Positions 19,579-30,515 of a DNA stretch of 64,000 bases are shown here, piece by piece (position 1 is the stretch's first letter; every line of letters starts with the position of its first letter). Location of the stretch: contig CAWBOS010000010.1 in NCBI GenBank assembly GCA_963790475.1, positions 896,001-960,000 on the forward strand, read 5' to 3'. A program made the translations under genes and the position numbers. The notes under the pieces are model-generated. The model saw nothing but the letters and a program-made list of their open reading frames with translations, searched no databases and was not told where the DNA came from. This DNA is from an uncultured delta proteobacterium (lineage in GTDB: Bacteria; Desulfobacterota; RBG-13-43-22).

Positions 19579-20447
19579 ACCTTCTAAAACTGGGCATCCC
19601 CAAGGGGAGCCTTCAGGAAGCAACCATCAATCTGTTTACAAAATCAGGCTGGAAGATCAATCTCAACGGCCGGAATTATTTTCCGGAAATCGATGACCCG
19701 GAAATCCAATGCTCCATTTGCCGGGCACAGGAGATGTCCCGCTATGTGGAAAACGGGACCATTGATGTAGGTCTGACCGGGAAAGATTGGACCCTGGAAA
19801 ACAATTCCAAGGTCAAAGTAGTGGCCGATCTTTTGTATTCCAAGGTCAGCCATCGTCCGGCCCGCTGGGTCCTGGCCGTGGCCAATGACTCAAAGTATAA
19901 AAAAATCGAGGACCTGAGCGGGAAAAAAATCGCCACCGAGTTAGTTAATTTTACCCGTCGGTATTTTACCGAAAAAGGCATTCCCGTGCAGGTTGAGTTC
20001 TCCTGGGGGGCCACAGAGGGTAAAATAATTTCCGGTCTGGCTGATGCCATTGTAGAGGTGACTGAGACCGGCAGCACCATCCGGGCCCATGGTTTGAAAA
20101 TTATCCACGAATTGATGCAATCCAATACCCAGATCATCGCCAGCCGGGACTCCTGGAAGGACCCCTGGAAAAAAGAAAAAATCAAACAGATTGTTTTGTT
20201 ATTGCAGGGTGCCTTAAGGGCCGAAAAGATGGTTGGCCTTAAAATGAATGTCCCGGCCAACAAACTCAAGGACGTGGTGGCCATCCTTCCCAGTCTGAAT
20301 GCCCCGACTATCGCTAATCTTTATAACAGCGACTGGTTGTCGGTGGAGACCGTGGTCGAGGAATCTCAGGTCAGGGAATTGATTCCTCAATTGATTCACC
20401 GGGGTGCTGAAGGGATCATTGAATATCCGCTGAATAAATTGATTTGA
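19575..20447 (+). CDS. hisG: ATP phosphoribosyltransferase (long form)
   Basis: [28 protein letters not shown]-terminal regulatory domain. Confidence 0.95.
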   Translation: MNLLKLGIPKGSLQEATINLFTKSGWKINLNGRNYFPEIDDPEIQCSICRAQEMSRYVENGTIDVGLTGKDWTLENNSKVKVVADLLYSKVSHRPARWVLAVANDSKYKKIEDLSGKKIATELVNFTRRYFTEKGIPVQVEFSWGATEGKIISGLADAIVEVTETGSTIRAHGLKIIHELMQSNTQIIASRDSWKDPWKKEKIKQIVLLLQGALRAEKMVGLKMNVPANKLKDVVAILPSLNAPTIANLYNSDWLSVETVVEESQVRELIPQLIHRGAEGIIEYPLNKLI

Positions 20448-20534
20448 AACGTTAAAAACGTTCGTCGTTTCCCGCCAGGGTCTGGATTCGGCGTTCGTCG
20501 AAATAAGAAAATCCGATAGATTCATCAAGAATAG

Positions 20535-21389
20535 TTGAGAGGGAAAATCCTTATGATAACGGCCACTGACTTTGGGTTAAACAAGGGCGATACTCATGGG
20601 GTTAACGCTGAAGACCAAATCCCGCCTTTGGCGAGAAAATCCGAACGGAAAATCGGATGGATCGTTTTCTTTTTGCTGTTGGCCTTCTTTACGGCCTGTT
20701 CCACTTCCCAGCAACGGAAGGATGATGCCGTAACCCGTATGCGCTTAGGAAATTCAATGCTCCGGGAAGGGCGTCCCACCCAGGCCCTGGCCGAATTGGT
20801 CAAAGCTAATGACCTGGACCCGAATAATCCGGTTATACGCAATGTCTTGGGCATAGCCTATTTGGAAAAAGGCATGGTCCGGCAGGCCATTAACCAATTC
20901 GAGAAGGCCCTTTACCTGGATCCCGGCTATGTAGAGGTCCATAATAATCTGGGAACGGCCCTGCTCCGGGACCAAAGGGTGAAGGAGGCCATTGCCGAAT
21001 TTAACAAGGCCCTGGAAGATCCTATGTATACTACCCCGCATTTTGCTCAATATAATTTGGGACAAGCCTATTTTGCTTTGAAGGATTTTGAGCAGGCCCG
21101 GGAACACTATCAGGAGGCTGTTAAACTTTCCCCGAACTACAGTCTGGCCTATCATGGTCTGGGCCTGGCCTGGAAAGCTTTGGGCAATATGAAGGAGGCC
21201 AGCGAAGCCCTGAAAAAAGCTATCGAGTACGCCCCGAAATTCGCCCAAGCCCATTATGATCTGGGAGAAGTCCTGGTCGAATTAAAACAAACTTCCCTGG
21301 CCGTTTTGGCCTTTCGGGAGGTGGTCAACCTGGTTCCTGAAAGTGAGTTAGGGGAAAAGGCCCAACAAAGGTTAAAAGAATTGAAATGA
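20535..21389 (+). CDS. TPR lipoprotein, PilF/PilW-like (start uncertain)
   Basis: Lipobox FTAC followed by multiple TPR repeats (NNLGTAL, YNLGQAY). Confidence 0.8.
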   Translation: MRGKILMITATDFGLNKGDTHGVNAEDQIPPLARKSERKIGWIVFFLLLAFFTACSTSQQRKDDAVTRMRLGNSMLREGRPTQALAELVKANDLDPNNPVIRNVLGIAYLEKGMVRQAINQFEKALYLDPGYVEVHNNLGTALLRDQRVKEAIAEFNKALEDPMYTTPHFAQYNLGQAYFALKDFEQAREHYQEAVKLSPNYSLAYHGLGLAWKALGNMKEASEALKKAIEYAPKFAQAHYDLGEVLVELKQTSLAVLAFREVVNLVPESELGEKAQQRLKELK

Positions 21390-22066
21390 GAGTCAACGGA
21401 TTCGAATGCGCCTCGGTCTCCAAACGGGCCCGGGAAATAACCCCTTTTATTGCCATGGATGTCCTGGAAACGGCCCAGCTTATGGAGCGGTCGGGGGATT
21501 CGATCATTCATCTTGAAGTAGGAGAACCGGATTTCGATACCCCGGAGTGCATTAAGGAGGCCGCGATCCGGGCCTTGAAAGAAGGAAAAACCCACTATAC
21601 CGACAGCCGGGGAATCATTGAACTCAGGGAGGCAATATCCGCCCACTATTTCCGGCAGTACCGGGTCAGTGTCTCTCCGGATCAAATTATCATTACTTCC
21701 GGAACCTCGCCGGCCATGTTCATGGTCTTTTCGGCCCTCTTGGAACCCGGCCAGGAAATTATTATTTCCGATCCCCATTATGCCTGTTACCCTAATTTCA
21801 TCCAATTCGCTCAGGGAAAACCGGTCAAGGTTCAAGTCCGGGAAGAAGATGGTTTTCAATACTATCCGGAGGAAATCAAAAAACGTATAGGATCTAACAC
21901 CAAAGGGATTTTCATCAATTCCCCATCCAATCCCACCGGAACGCTTCTGTCGGAGGATCGGATGAAGGGGTTGGCCCGATATGAACCTTATATTATTTCG
22001 GATGAGGAAGGAATGAAACGTCTTCAGGTTTATTTGAACCGGGAAGACTACAAATCGATCTCATGA
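21386..22066 (+). pseudogene. Class I/II PLP aminotransferase (AspC-like) with large in-frame internal deletion
   Basis: GEPDFDTP, NSPSNPTG and IISDE join directly to the C-terminal EGMKRL; the PLP-lysine region is missing. Confidence 0.8.
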
Positions 22067-22647
22067 TCATACGTTCAGCGGAGTTTGTAAAAAGCGGATT
22101 GAAACCCGGTCATTATCCTAAAACCACCCTCCCGGAAATCGCTTTTGCCGGTCGTTCCAATGTGGGCAAATCCTCCCTGATCAATACCTTATTGAGGAGG
22201 AAGGCCCTGGTGCGGACCAGCCGCACACCCGGTCAAACTCGTACCTTGAATTTTTTTTCGATCAATGATACTTTTATGCTGGTTGACCTGCCGGGGTATG
22301 GTTTTTCCCGGGCGTCCAAGGAGGTGATTGAGAACTATCAGGAGTCCATTAAAACCTATCTAAAGACAAGAAGTAATTTGGCTTTGGTGGTCTTGTTGCT
22401 GGATATTCGCCGTGTCCCCAGCCAAGAGGATAAGGCCTTTTTTCAATTGATCGGGACTTGCGGTTTGGAATACTTGATTGTCCTGACCAAATCAGACACC
22501 CTGGGTCGGGGTTCATGGAAAAAGGCCCGGAAGGACATCATTGATGGCTTGGAAGATCCGCAGGGCGAAGCTATCTTTTTTTCAGCCAAAACCGGCCAGG
22601 GCCGCGAAGAGATTTGGGCCGAAATTGAAGGCCGACTCAACCGATAA
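22063..22647 (+). CDS. engB: Ribosome biogenesis GTPase YihA/YsxC
   Basis: GRSNVGKSS, SRTPGQT, DLPGYG, TKSD. Confidence 0.95.
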   Translation: MIIRSAEFVKSGLKPGHYPKTTLPEIAFAGRSNVGKSSLINTLLRRKALVRTSRTPGQTRTLNFFSINDTFMLVDLPGYGFSRASKEVIENYQESIKTYLKTRSNLALVVLLLDIRRVPSQEDKAFFQLIGTCGLEYLIVLTKSDTLGRGSWKKARKDIIDGLEDPQGEAIFFSAKTGQGREEIWAEIEGRLNR

Positions 22648-22687
22648 CCCATTTATTCTTAAGTAGAACCATTTGAAGGGAGTTTTT

Positions 22688-23338
22688 ATGAAATCACAAA
22701 AGAAACCGGTTATGGCCATTGGCTTAGGCTTTTTAATTTTTTTCCTCTTTTCCGCCTTTGCCATGGCCGCCCCCCCGGACAACTTTACCTGTAAAATGAC
22801 TTTTATGGGCATGTCTTTGCCCATGGCCAAAATGGGGAATAAGTCCCGTGTGGAAAATGTAATGTTTGGCGGTCTGGTGACCATAAGTTACATGGACCAA
22901 AAGAAGAGCGTCACCATGAATACCAAAAACAAGACCTATTTCGAACAGGCAACTCAAGAGAGGGTTCCTTCGATTTATAACCCCAATGTGGTCATTGATA
23001 AGAAGAAGATCGGGTCGGATACCATAGACGGGCATCCCTGTGTCAAGTACAATGCGGTTTTTTATAACAAAGACAACCCGCAGGATAAATTCACCTCCGT
23101 TCTTTGGGAGGCCCAGGATTTGGGAGGATTGCCCATTAAAAACGAAGTGGTCATTCCTGAAAACAAAAGAAGGGAAGGGGGCCCGGATAAAGTTACTTCC
23201 GAAATGAAAGAGATCAAAATCGGTGCCGCCACGGCCGCCATGTTTGAAGTCCCCAAGGATTACAAGAAAGTCAGCAGCATGAGCGAAGTCATGGGCGGGG
23301 ATATGCGGGAAATGATGAAAAAGATGCAAAAAAAGTAA
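22688..23338 (+). CDS. Secreted DUF4412-like protein
   Basis: Signal peptide; G.DTIDGHPCVKY, FEVPKDYKK. Confidence 0.7.
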   Translation: MKSQKKPVMAIGLGFLIFFLFSAFAMAAPPDNFTCKMTFMGMSLPMAKMGNKSRVENVMFGGLVTISYMDQKKSVTMNTKNKTYFEQATQERVPSIYNPNVVIDKKKIGSDTIDGHPCVKYNAVFYNKDNPQDKFTSVLWEAQDLGGLPIKNEVVIPENKRREGGPDKVTSEMKEIKIGAATAAMFEVPKDYKKVSSMSEVMGGDMREMMKKMQKK

Positions 23339-23395
23339 AACAGGAAGACGTTCGTTAATCGATTTTCATCAGTCTTATTGGAGTGAAGAGGTTTT

Positions 23396-23791
23396 ATGAT
23401 TCGTCCTCTGACCGTATTCTTTTTTTTATTGACCATGATGATTTCTTTGTTGCTTATTTCCTCCTGCGGTACGGGAAAAACCTATCATAAGGGTCCCGTG
23501 AAGGACTACCCTGATTCTTTGGTGGAAAAGTCAAATACCTGGCGGGGCGGGGCTATCGGGGCCCCTTTAGGAAGCCCCATAGAAGGAAAGATAAAAGAAA
23601 TTTCCAACCAGGCCTCGCGCGAAGCGGCCCGGGAAGGAAGACCGGTGGCTTATCTAAGCCTTGATGGATTTCAACGAGTGGAGACTTATCCGGTAGGTAA
23701 AGGCGGATCGACCAAATGCCGTTTAGTCCGAGAGCAAATATTTCAGGAGGGCAAGTTGATTCGGGATGAAATAAAGGAATTTTGTCAATAA
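23396..23791 (+). CDS. Lipoprotein, unknown function
   Basis: Lipobox ISSC, glycine-zipper-like GGAIGAPLG. Confidence 0.65.
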   Translation: MIRPLTVFFFLLTMMISLLLISSCGTGKTYHKGPVKDYPDSLVEKSNTWRGGAIGAPLGSPIEGKIKEISNQASREAAREGRPVAYLSLDGFQRVETYPVGKGGSTKCRLVREQIFQEGKLIRDEIKEFCQ

Positions 23792-23800
23792 TTCAAAAAA

Positions 23801-23881
23801 GTGACCAGTGACAGGTGACAAGAAAAAACCCTTTAAGCTCCCAATGGTACTTCCTGTCACTTGTCACTTTCCACTTGTCAC
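23801..23881. repeat. Heptamer tandem/inverted repeat (GTGACAA-like / TTGTCAC)
   Basis: Between convergent genes; may act as a terminator. Confidence 0.7.
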
Positions 23882-23885
23882 ATAC

Positions 23886-25037
23886 TTAAAGAGATTCCAG
23901 CAATAATTCAGTCAGATCCTTAACGACAATCTGATCTTCTTTTCCGGTCCCTTTGCGGCTGTCTTCAAAAAGGCTGATGCAATAAGGGCAGGCCGTGGCA
24001 AAAACTTCGGCCCCGCGGTCGGCAGCTTCCACCATCTTCTTGTCTGAAAACCGTTGTTCCGGATGGGTTTCCATCCAGATCCGTCCCCCGCCTCCGCCGC
24101 AGCAAAGACTGAAGGCTTTATTCTGGGCAAATTCCATCAACTCCAGATCGGGTATGGCCCGTAGTAGGTCCCGGGGGTCTTCAAAAAGATCATTATGCCG
24201 GCCGAGGTAGCAGGGGTCATGATAGATAACTTTCTTAGCCATGGATTTTTTAGGGGTCAACTTCTCCTCACGAATCAATTTGGTTAAAAACTGAGCGTAA
24301 TGCTGTACTTCAAAATCTCCACCTAATTCTTTGTATTCTTTTGTAAAAGTAGTATAACAATGAGGAGACGTGGTGATGATCTTCTTGACCCCCTTTCCCT
24401 TATAAAGGGCGATATTTTGTTCGGCAATTTTCGAAAATAAGCCTTCATCGCCTATTTTACGGACTGATTCCCCGCAACAGGCCTCTTCATTGCCGATAAT
24501 ACCAAAACTGACCCCGGCCGCTTTTAGTAATTGAACAATAGACTTGGCGATCTTCTGACTCCGTTGCTCAAAAGCCGAAGTGCAGCAGATGAAGAGAAAA
24601 TATTCGGTATCAGGTCCGAAAATGGGTACATCCAGACCTTCGGTCCAATTGATTCTTTTGGTCTTATCTTCGGTCCAGGGATTACCCTGACTGTGAACGC
24701 TGCCCAGAATCGGACGAAGACCCTGAGGGATGGCCCCGGTCTCGGCAATCATGCTGCGCATGGAGCGAATGACATCAACAATTTTTACCTGACGGGGACA
24801 ATTACGGACACAGAGGTTGCACGTGGTACAGGCAAACAGAATATCGTCGGATTCATATCCTTCCATGCCTAATTGACCCATCCGGATGAGTTTCCGGACG
24901 TCAAAAGGGGATCCCTCCACCACACGCCCCCAGGGACAAAGGCCGGCACAGAGTCCGCATTGCATACAGTGATTCAAGGTATCTCCACCTGTGGCTACAA
25001 TAGCCTGATTGACTTCAATAAAGGGGGTTACCGACAT
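23886..25037 (-). CDS. HdrD/GlpC-like Fe-S oxidoreductase (2x[4Fe-4S] + 2 CCG domains)
   Basis: CMQCGLCAGLCP, CTTCNLCVRNCP, CCGE, YHDPCYLGR, CCGGGGG, ACPYC. Confidence 0.9.
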   Translation of the reverse strand: MSVTPFIEVNQAIVATGGDTLNHCMQCGLCAGLCPWGRVVEGSPFDVRKLIRMGQLGMEGYESDDILFACTTCNLCVRNCPRQVKIVDVIRSMRSMIAETGAIPQGLRPILGSVHSQGNPWTEDKTKRINWTEGLDVPIFGPDTEYFLFICCTSAFEQRSQKIAKSIVQLLKAAGVSFGIIGNEEACCGESVRKIGDEGLFSKIAEQNIALYKGKGVKKIITTSPHCYTTFTKEYKELGGDFEVQHYAQFLTKLIREEKLTPKKSMAKKVIYHDPCYLGRHNDLFEDPRDLLRAIPDLELMEFAQNKAFSLCCGGGGGRIWMETHPEQRFSDKKMVEAADRGAEVFATACPYCISLFEDSRKGTGKEDQIVVKDLTELLLESL

Positions 25038-25314
25038 AAAAACAAACTCCTTTCTTTTAATTAATAAATCCTCATCCTATAAGTAATTTTTAGACATTAA
25101 TTTATATAAGCGGTATGAATAACATGCTGGCCAAAGAAAATCAATTTGTAAAAAATTCCTTTGATATTTTTTGTAAGCAGTTTATAATACCACCCGTTGT
25201 AGAATTTATTTTTAACCTCCCAACCCGTAGTATTTGGGTCGGTTGAAAGAAAAAAATCTCTATCCCCCTCAAAAAACTCAAAATTAAAATATATTTTGAA
25301 AAAGGAATCAGGTC

Positions 25315-27503
25315 ATGACCTCTCAAACTTCCCCGCTCGTGTTGACTCCCAACGCTAAAATTGTCTTAGACAAGCGTTATCTCAAGAAAGATATCCAAGG
25401 TCAGGTAATCGAAAAACCGGAGGATATGTTCCGCCGTGTTGCTCGGGTGGTGGCCTTGGCCGATGCCCTTTATGGGAAGGAAGACCAAACCCCGAAGACC
25501 GAAGAAGAGTTCTTTCAGGTCATGACCCGTTTGGAATTTTTACCCAATTCTCCCACCCTGATGAATGCCGGGCGGTCTTTAGGCCAACTGTCGGCTTGCT
25601 TTGTCCTGCCGGTCGAGGATTCCATTGACAGTATCTTCGAAGCCATTAAGCAAACCGCCATTATCCACAAAAGCGGCGGGGGAACCGGTTTTTCCTTTTC
25701 CAGGATCCGCCCCGAGAAAGATATGGTTAAATCCACCCACGGTATTTCCAGCGGTCCTATTTCCTTCATGACTGTTTTTGATGTGGCCACGGAAACCATT
25801 AAACAGGGTGGGACCCGAAGGGGGGCCAATATGGGTCTGCTGCGGGTAGACCACCCGGATATAGAAAAATTTATCGAAGCCAAAATACAGACTGACCGGT
25901 TGAATAATTTTAATATTTCGGTTTTAATCACGGACTCTTTTATGGAAGCCTTAGAAAATAAACAAGAATACAACCTGATTAATCCCCACACCGGTCTAAA
26001 GAGCCGGTTCGGTTTCAGCGCAGGCTATCTTTGACAAGATCGTCGATTCGGCCTGGAGGAGCGGGGAGCCGGGAGTGGTATTTATCGACCGGATCAACAG
26101 GGACAACCCTACACCGCACCTGGGCCCCATAGAAGCCACCAATCCCTGCGGTGAACAGCCGCTACTGCCTTACGAGTCCTGCAATCTGGGGTCGATCAAT
26201 CTCTCTCGGATTGTTAAGAAAGGAGAGATTGATTATGTTCGACTTAAAACCCTGGTTCATACCGCCATTCATTTTTTAGATAACGTCATTGATGTTAATA
26301 AATACCCCTTGCCCAAGATTGAAAAGATGAGCAAAGGGAATAGAAAAATCGGGCTGGGCGTTATGGGGTTCGCCGATATGTTGATCCAGCTGAATATCCC
26401 TTACGATACGCCACAGGCCGTGGAAATCGCCGAAAAGGTAATGAGTGTCATCGAAACCGAGTCCGGCCTGGCCTCCGAAAAATTGGCCGCGGAAAGAGGA
26501 AATTTTCCTAATTTCGAGAGTAGCGTCTTCGATCGACCCGAAAGAAATATTTCCGGAATGCGCAACGCTACCACCACAACGATCGCCCCCACCGGGACAA
26601 TCAGCATAATCGCCGGTGCCTCCAGCGGGATTGAACCCTTGTTTGCCGTGTCTTATTACCGGACGGTTTTGGATGGGACCCAAATGGTCGAGGTCAACCC
26701 ATTTTTCAAAAAAATAGCCAAAGAAAAAGGTTTCTATTCCCCGCAACTGATGGAACAGATTGCCCGAGAAGGTTCAATCCGGAACATTCCGGACATTCCC
26801 GAGGATATTAATGCCCTTTTTGCGACCTCTCACGATATCAGCCCGGAAAGCCATATTCAAATTCAAGCTGCTTTTCAAAAATACACGGACAATGCGGTTT
26901 CCAAAACCATTAATTTTCCTCATGAGGCCACACCGGAAGATGTCCAAAATGCCTATTTAACCGCCTACCATCTGGGGTGCAAGGGGGTGACTATCTATCG
27001 TTACGGCAGCCGTGAGACTCAGGTATTGAATCTTACAAAAAGTACTGACAGTTCCAAGATCAGTCCCCGGTCACGCCCGACCCGGACCCTGGGGATTACC
27101 GAACGAATCTCCACCGGCTGCGGCAAACTCTATGTGACTATTAATTCAGACGAAAAGGGTATTTGTGAGGTTTTCGCCCAGATGGGTAAAACCGGGGGGT
27201 GCGCCTCTTCTCAGATTGAGGCCACCGGGAGATTGATTTCCTTAGCCTTACGGTCCGGGGTCAGCCTGCCCTCGATCCTGAAACAGATTTCCGGGAATCC
27301 GCTGTCCATCTCCCACCTGGGGGAACGGCCATCAAGTCCTTTCCTGCCCGGATGCCATTAGCCGGGTGATCATCAACTATACGCAGTCCAAGATAGAAGA
27401 TGAAGACCGGGTGATGGGCTCCTGTCCGGATTGTGGGGGCCAGGTGGTCCATGAAAACGGCTGCCTGACCTGTCATTCCTGTGGGTTTTCGAGGTGTAGT
27501 TAA
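25315..27503 (+). CDS. nrdJ: Adenosylcobalamin-dependent class II ribonucleotide reductase with C-terminal TSCPD/Zn-ribbon (frameshifts near 26000 and 27290)
   Basis: [42 protein letters not shown], terminal CPDCG...[10 protein letters not shown]. Confidence 0.92.
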
Positions 27504-27505
27504 GA

Positions 27506-27582
27506 AAGGTATGAGGTTCAAGGTCTTGTGGTTAAGGGTTTTTGCTGTGCCCATAAACCGTAAACCTTGGACCGTAAACCAT
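27506..27582. repeat. Heptamer tandem/inverted repeat (AAGGTNN / NNACCTT family)
   Basis: Same unit family as 46815-46893. Confidence 0.65.
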
Positions 27583-27615
27583 ATCCTTTTAAACTTTTAC
27601 CCCTAACGAGGATTT

Positions 27616-28357
27616 ATGCAAATACCCGTCATCGATACCCACGTTCATTTGGATCAATTAATTAATCCGGATGACGCCATCCAGGAGGCTCGAATAGCCG
27701 GCCTTTCCGGTCTAATAGCCGTAGGATTGGATATCGCCTCTAATGAAAAAATCCTCTCTTTTTCCAAACGATATGGCGGAGTTGTTTTTCCCGCCATCGG
27801 ATATCATCCCTGGAATATAACTATTTCCGGAATTAGAAACAACTTGGAGTTTATCGAAAAACACTTGGACGAGGCCGTCGCCATCGGCGAGGTGGGATTG
27901 GATTTTAAAATTTCCTTGGCCAGGGAGATCCAGCAGGGCGTTTTTGAGGAAATCTTGGACCTGGCCTGGAAAAGAAATAAGCCGGTCATTGTTCATTCCC
28001 GACTGTCCCACGAAGAATCCTTTGAATCGGTCCGAAAACACAATCTGAAAAAAGCGGTTTTCCACTGGTATAGCGGCCCGATAGACATCTTAAAGGAGTT
28101 GCTGTTAATGGGTTATTATATTTCAGCCACCCCAGCCCTTAATTACAGTCCCAAGCATCGGGAGGCCGTAATCGCCGCGCCGTTGAAACAAATATTAATC
28201 GAGACCGATGCCCCGACCGCCTATCAAGGCCTTGTTTCCACACCGGCCCTGGTGTTAGCAAACACTTAAAGAACTTTCAAGAATTAAAGGAATTGATATC
28301 GAAGAGGCGGCCCGGAAGACCACCCAAAACGCCCGGGATTTTTTCGGCATCGTTTGA
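27616..28357 (+). CDS. tatD: TatD-family hydrolase (frameshift near 28260)
   Basis: IDTHVHL, GYHP, IGEVGLD, VFHWY, IETDAP; C-terminus TTQNARDFFG in the shifted frame. Confidence 0.88.
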
Positions 28358-28358
28358 T

Positions 28359-29255
28359 ATGTCCGCTCTCTATCCTGCCAAATCCTATCTTGATTTAAAG
28401 GCCATTGCGATTTTGTTGTTCCTCTGCTTCTTATGGGGCGGAAATATGGTGGCCATCAAATTCAGCATCCGGGGGGTGGAACCGATTTTTGCCGCCGGGC
28501 TTCGTTCCCTAATTGCCTCGGGATTAATGCTCTTATGGATGGGCTATCAAAAAGAACCCCTCTTTCCCAGGTCTTTTAAAAAGTTCCACGCCCTGGTTGT
28601 CGGTTTTCTTTTTGGGGTTGAGTTCTGTTTTATCTATCTGGCCATGCGTTATACTTTTGCCGGTCGCGCTTATGTCTTCTTGTATACCGCCCCTTTTGGG
28701 GTCGCTCTGGGGGCCCATTTTCTGCTCACCGGGGACCGACTCACCTGGCGGCGCCTGGGTGGTTTATCTCTGGCTTTTATGGGCCTGGTCATTGTTTTTT
28801 CCGAAGGTATTTTTCGTTATTCAGCCGATGTATTATTCGGAGATTTTCTGATGATTTTGGCCGCCCTGGCCTGGGCGGCCACTACTGTTTACATCAAACG
28901 TTTTTTCACCCAGGACTGTACCCCGTTTCAGACCCTTTTGTACCAACTTCTGTTTTCGATTCCGGTCTTGTTTCTTTTAAGTTTTATCCTGGAAAAAGAT
29001 CCGATTCGCGCTATTGATCTAACGATTATACTTTCTCTTTTTTATCAGACCATCATTGTGGCCTTCTTAAGTTATTGGGCCTGGTTTTATCTGATCCATA
29101 TTTATCCGGTAACCGCCTTGTCGGCCTTTTCTTTTTTCACCCCCATTTTCGGGGTGTTTCTGAGCAGTCTACTGTTGAATGAGCCCCTGAGTATAGGGTT
29201 ATTGATTTCCCTGGCCCTGGTTTCTGTTGGAATATATTGGGTCAATAAACGTTAA
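28359..29255 (+). CDS. DMT/EamA family transporter
   Basis: About 10 TM segments, LWGGN, FFTPIFGV. Confidence 0.9.
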   Translation: MSALYPAKSYLDLKAIAILLFLCFLWGGNMVAIKFSIRGVEPIFAAGLRSLIASGLMLLWMGYQKEPLFPRSFKKFHALVVGFLFGVEFCFIYLAMRYTFAGRAYVFLYTAPFGVALGAHFLLTGDRLTWRRLGGLSLAFMGLVIVFSEGIFRYSADVLFGDFLMILAALAWAATTVYIKRFFTQDCTPFQTLLYQLLFSIPVLFLLSFILEKDPIRAIDLTIILSLFYQTIIVAFLSYWAWFYLIHIYPVTALSAFSFFTPIFGVFLSSLLLNEPLSIGLLISLALVSVGIYWVNKR

Positions 29256-29267
29256 GGAGGATTTCAG

Positions 29268-29717
29268 ATGGAAAACGAACCCCTCATCATCACCTGTCCA
29301 CGGTGCGGGACCAAGAATCGCATTCCGAAGAACCGCCTGGCCGAAAAGCCCATTTGCGGCAAATGCCGTACCCCCCTTCCTACTCAACCCCCTTTGGATC
29401 ACCCGGTCGAGGTCACTGATCAAACCTTCCAACGGGAAGTCCTGTCTTTTCCGGGATCGGTGGTCCTGGATTGCTGGGCCCCCTGGTGCGGTCCTTGCAA
29501 GATGGTGGCCCCCATCCTTGATCAGTTGGCCAAAGAATATGCCGGCCGAATCAAATTCGCCAAATTAAATACCGATGAAAATCAGCGGACCGCCGGACAA
29601 TTTTCCATCCAGAGCATCCCGACTCTACTTTTCTTTAAAGGGGGGAAACTGATCAACCGCCAGGTTGGCGCCTTGCCTAAAGGGGAAATTGAAAGACAGT
29701 TGCGGTCTTTTTTATAG
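29268..29717 (+). CDS. trxC: Thioredoxin 2 with N-terminal Zn finger
   Basis: CPRC...CGKC plus WCGPCK. Confidence 0.93.
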   Translation: MENEPLIITCPRCGTKNRIPKNRLAEKPICGKCRTPLPTQPPLDHPVEVTDQTFQREVLSFPGSVVLDCWAPWCGPCKMVAPILDQLAKEYAGRIKFAKLNTDENQRTAGQFSIQSIPTLLFFKGGKLINRQVGALPKGEIERQLRSFL

Positions 29718-29747
29718 AGACCAGTGAAAAATCGCCTTTCGACTTGC

Positions 29748-29786
29748 TTGACCTGAGTTTTTATTTAGGCTATACTTCGGATATCC
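29748..29786 (+). promoter_or_regulatory. Promoter/operator of mazEF
   Basis: TTGACC N17 TATACT, overlapped by the imperfect palindrome GGCTATAC-TTC-GGATATCC. Confidence 0.55.
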
Positions 29787-29801
29787 ATAGGAGGTGAAAA
29801 T

Positions 29802-30050
29802 ATGGTCACGAAGATTCAGAAATGGGGAAACAGTCAAGGGTTACGTTTGGCCAGACAGGTGCTTGCGGAAGCCCACCTTTCTGTCGGAGACAACGTGGAT
29901 GTAGCCGCACGTGATGGTATAATTGTTATTGCCCCCGTAGTGTGCATCCGGGGAAAAAAGAACCTGAAAGACCTGGTATCGCGCATACCCGAGGGTTACA
30001 AATCCCGGGAAATGGATTGGGGTCCAAAGGTCGGAAATGAGGTTTGGTAA
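29802..30050 (+). CDS. mazE: AbrB/MazE antitoxin
   Basis: KIQKWGNSQGLRL, DWGPKVGNEVW. Confidence 0.9.
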   Translation: MVTKIQKWGNSQGLRLARQVLAEAHLSVGDNVDVAARDGIIVIAPVVCIRGKKNLKDLVSRIPEGYKSREMDWGPKVGNEVW

Positions 30051-30386
30051 TTGAGATCCTACGTTCCGAGAAAAGGGGACTACATTGCCGTTACCTTTGA
30101 TCCTCAGTCTGGTCATGAGCAAAAAGGCCGCCGACCCGCCCTGGTTGTAAGTAACACTCTTTTTAACGAAGGAACGGGATTGGCCATTGTCTGTCCCTTA
30201 ACCAACACCGATCGGAACTTTCCCTTTCATGTGGCCATTCTAAACAACCAGGATGTGAAAGGATTCGTCATGGTAGAACAAGTCAAGTCTATCGATTTTC
30301 ATGCCCGCAAGGTCAAGTTTATTGGAAAAGCTTCGGAAAGGTTGCTTAACGAAGTCCTCTCCATACTGGATGCGTGCCTTTATTAA
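30051..30386 (+). CDS. mazF: PemK/MazF endoribonuclease toxin
   Basis: FDPQSGHEQKGRRPALVVS, VCPLT, EQVKSID. Confidence 0.92.
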   Translation: MRSYVPRKGDYIAVTFDPQSGHEQKGRRPALVVSNTLFNEGTGLAIVCPLTNTDRNFPFHVAILNNQDVKGFVMVEQVKSIDFHARKVKFIGKASERLLNEVLSILDACLY

Positions 30387-30515
30387 AGGGCCAGATGTTG
30401 ACATCATAGCACAAAACCTGGCCCCGTTGATGTCTTCCGCCCTTAACTGTCTTGAGAACATGGCTGACCTAACAATTCCGTTGAGGGAAAAGGGACTAAA
30501 CAATTATAAGTTCGA

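Noticed and set aside
25185-25240. NrdR boxes upstream of nrdJ
   Set aside because: Only weak matches to the ACACWATATATWGTG consensus, with atypical spacing.
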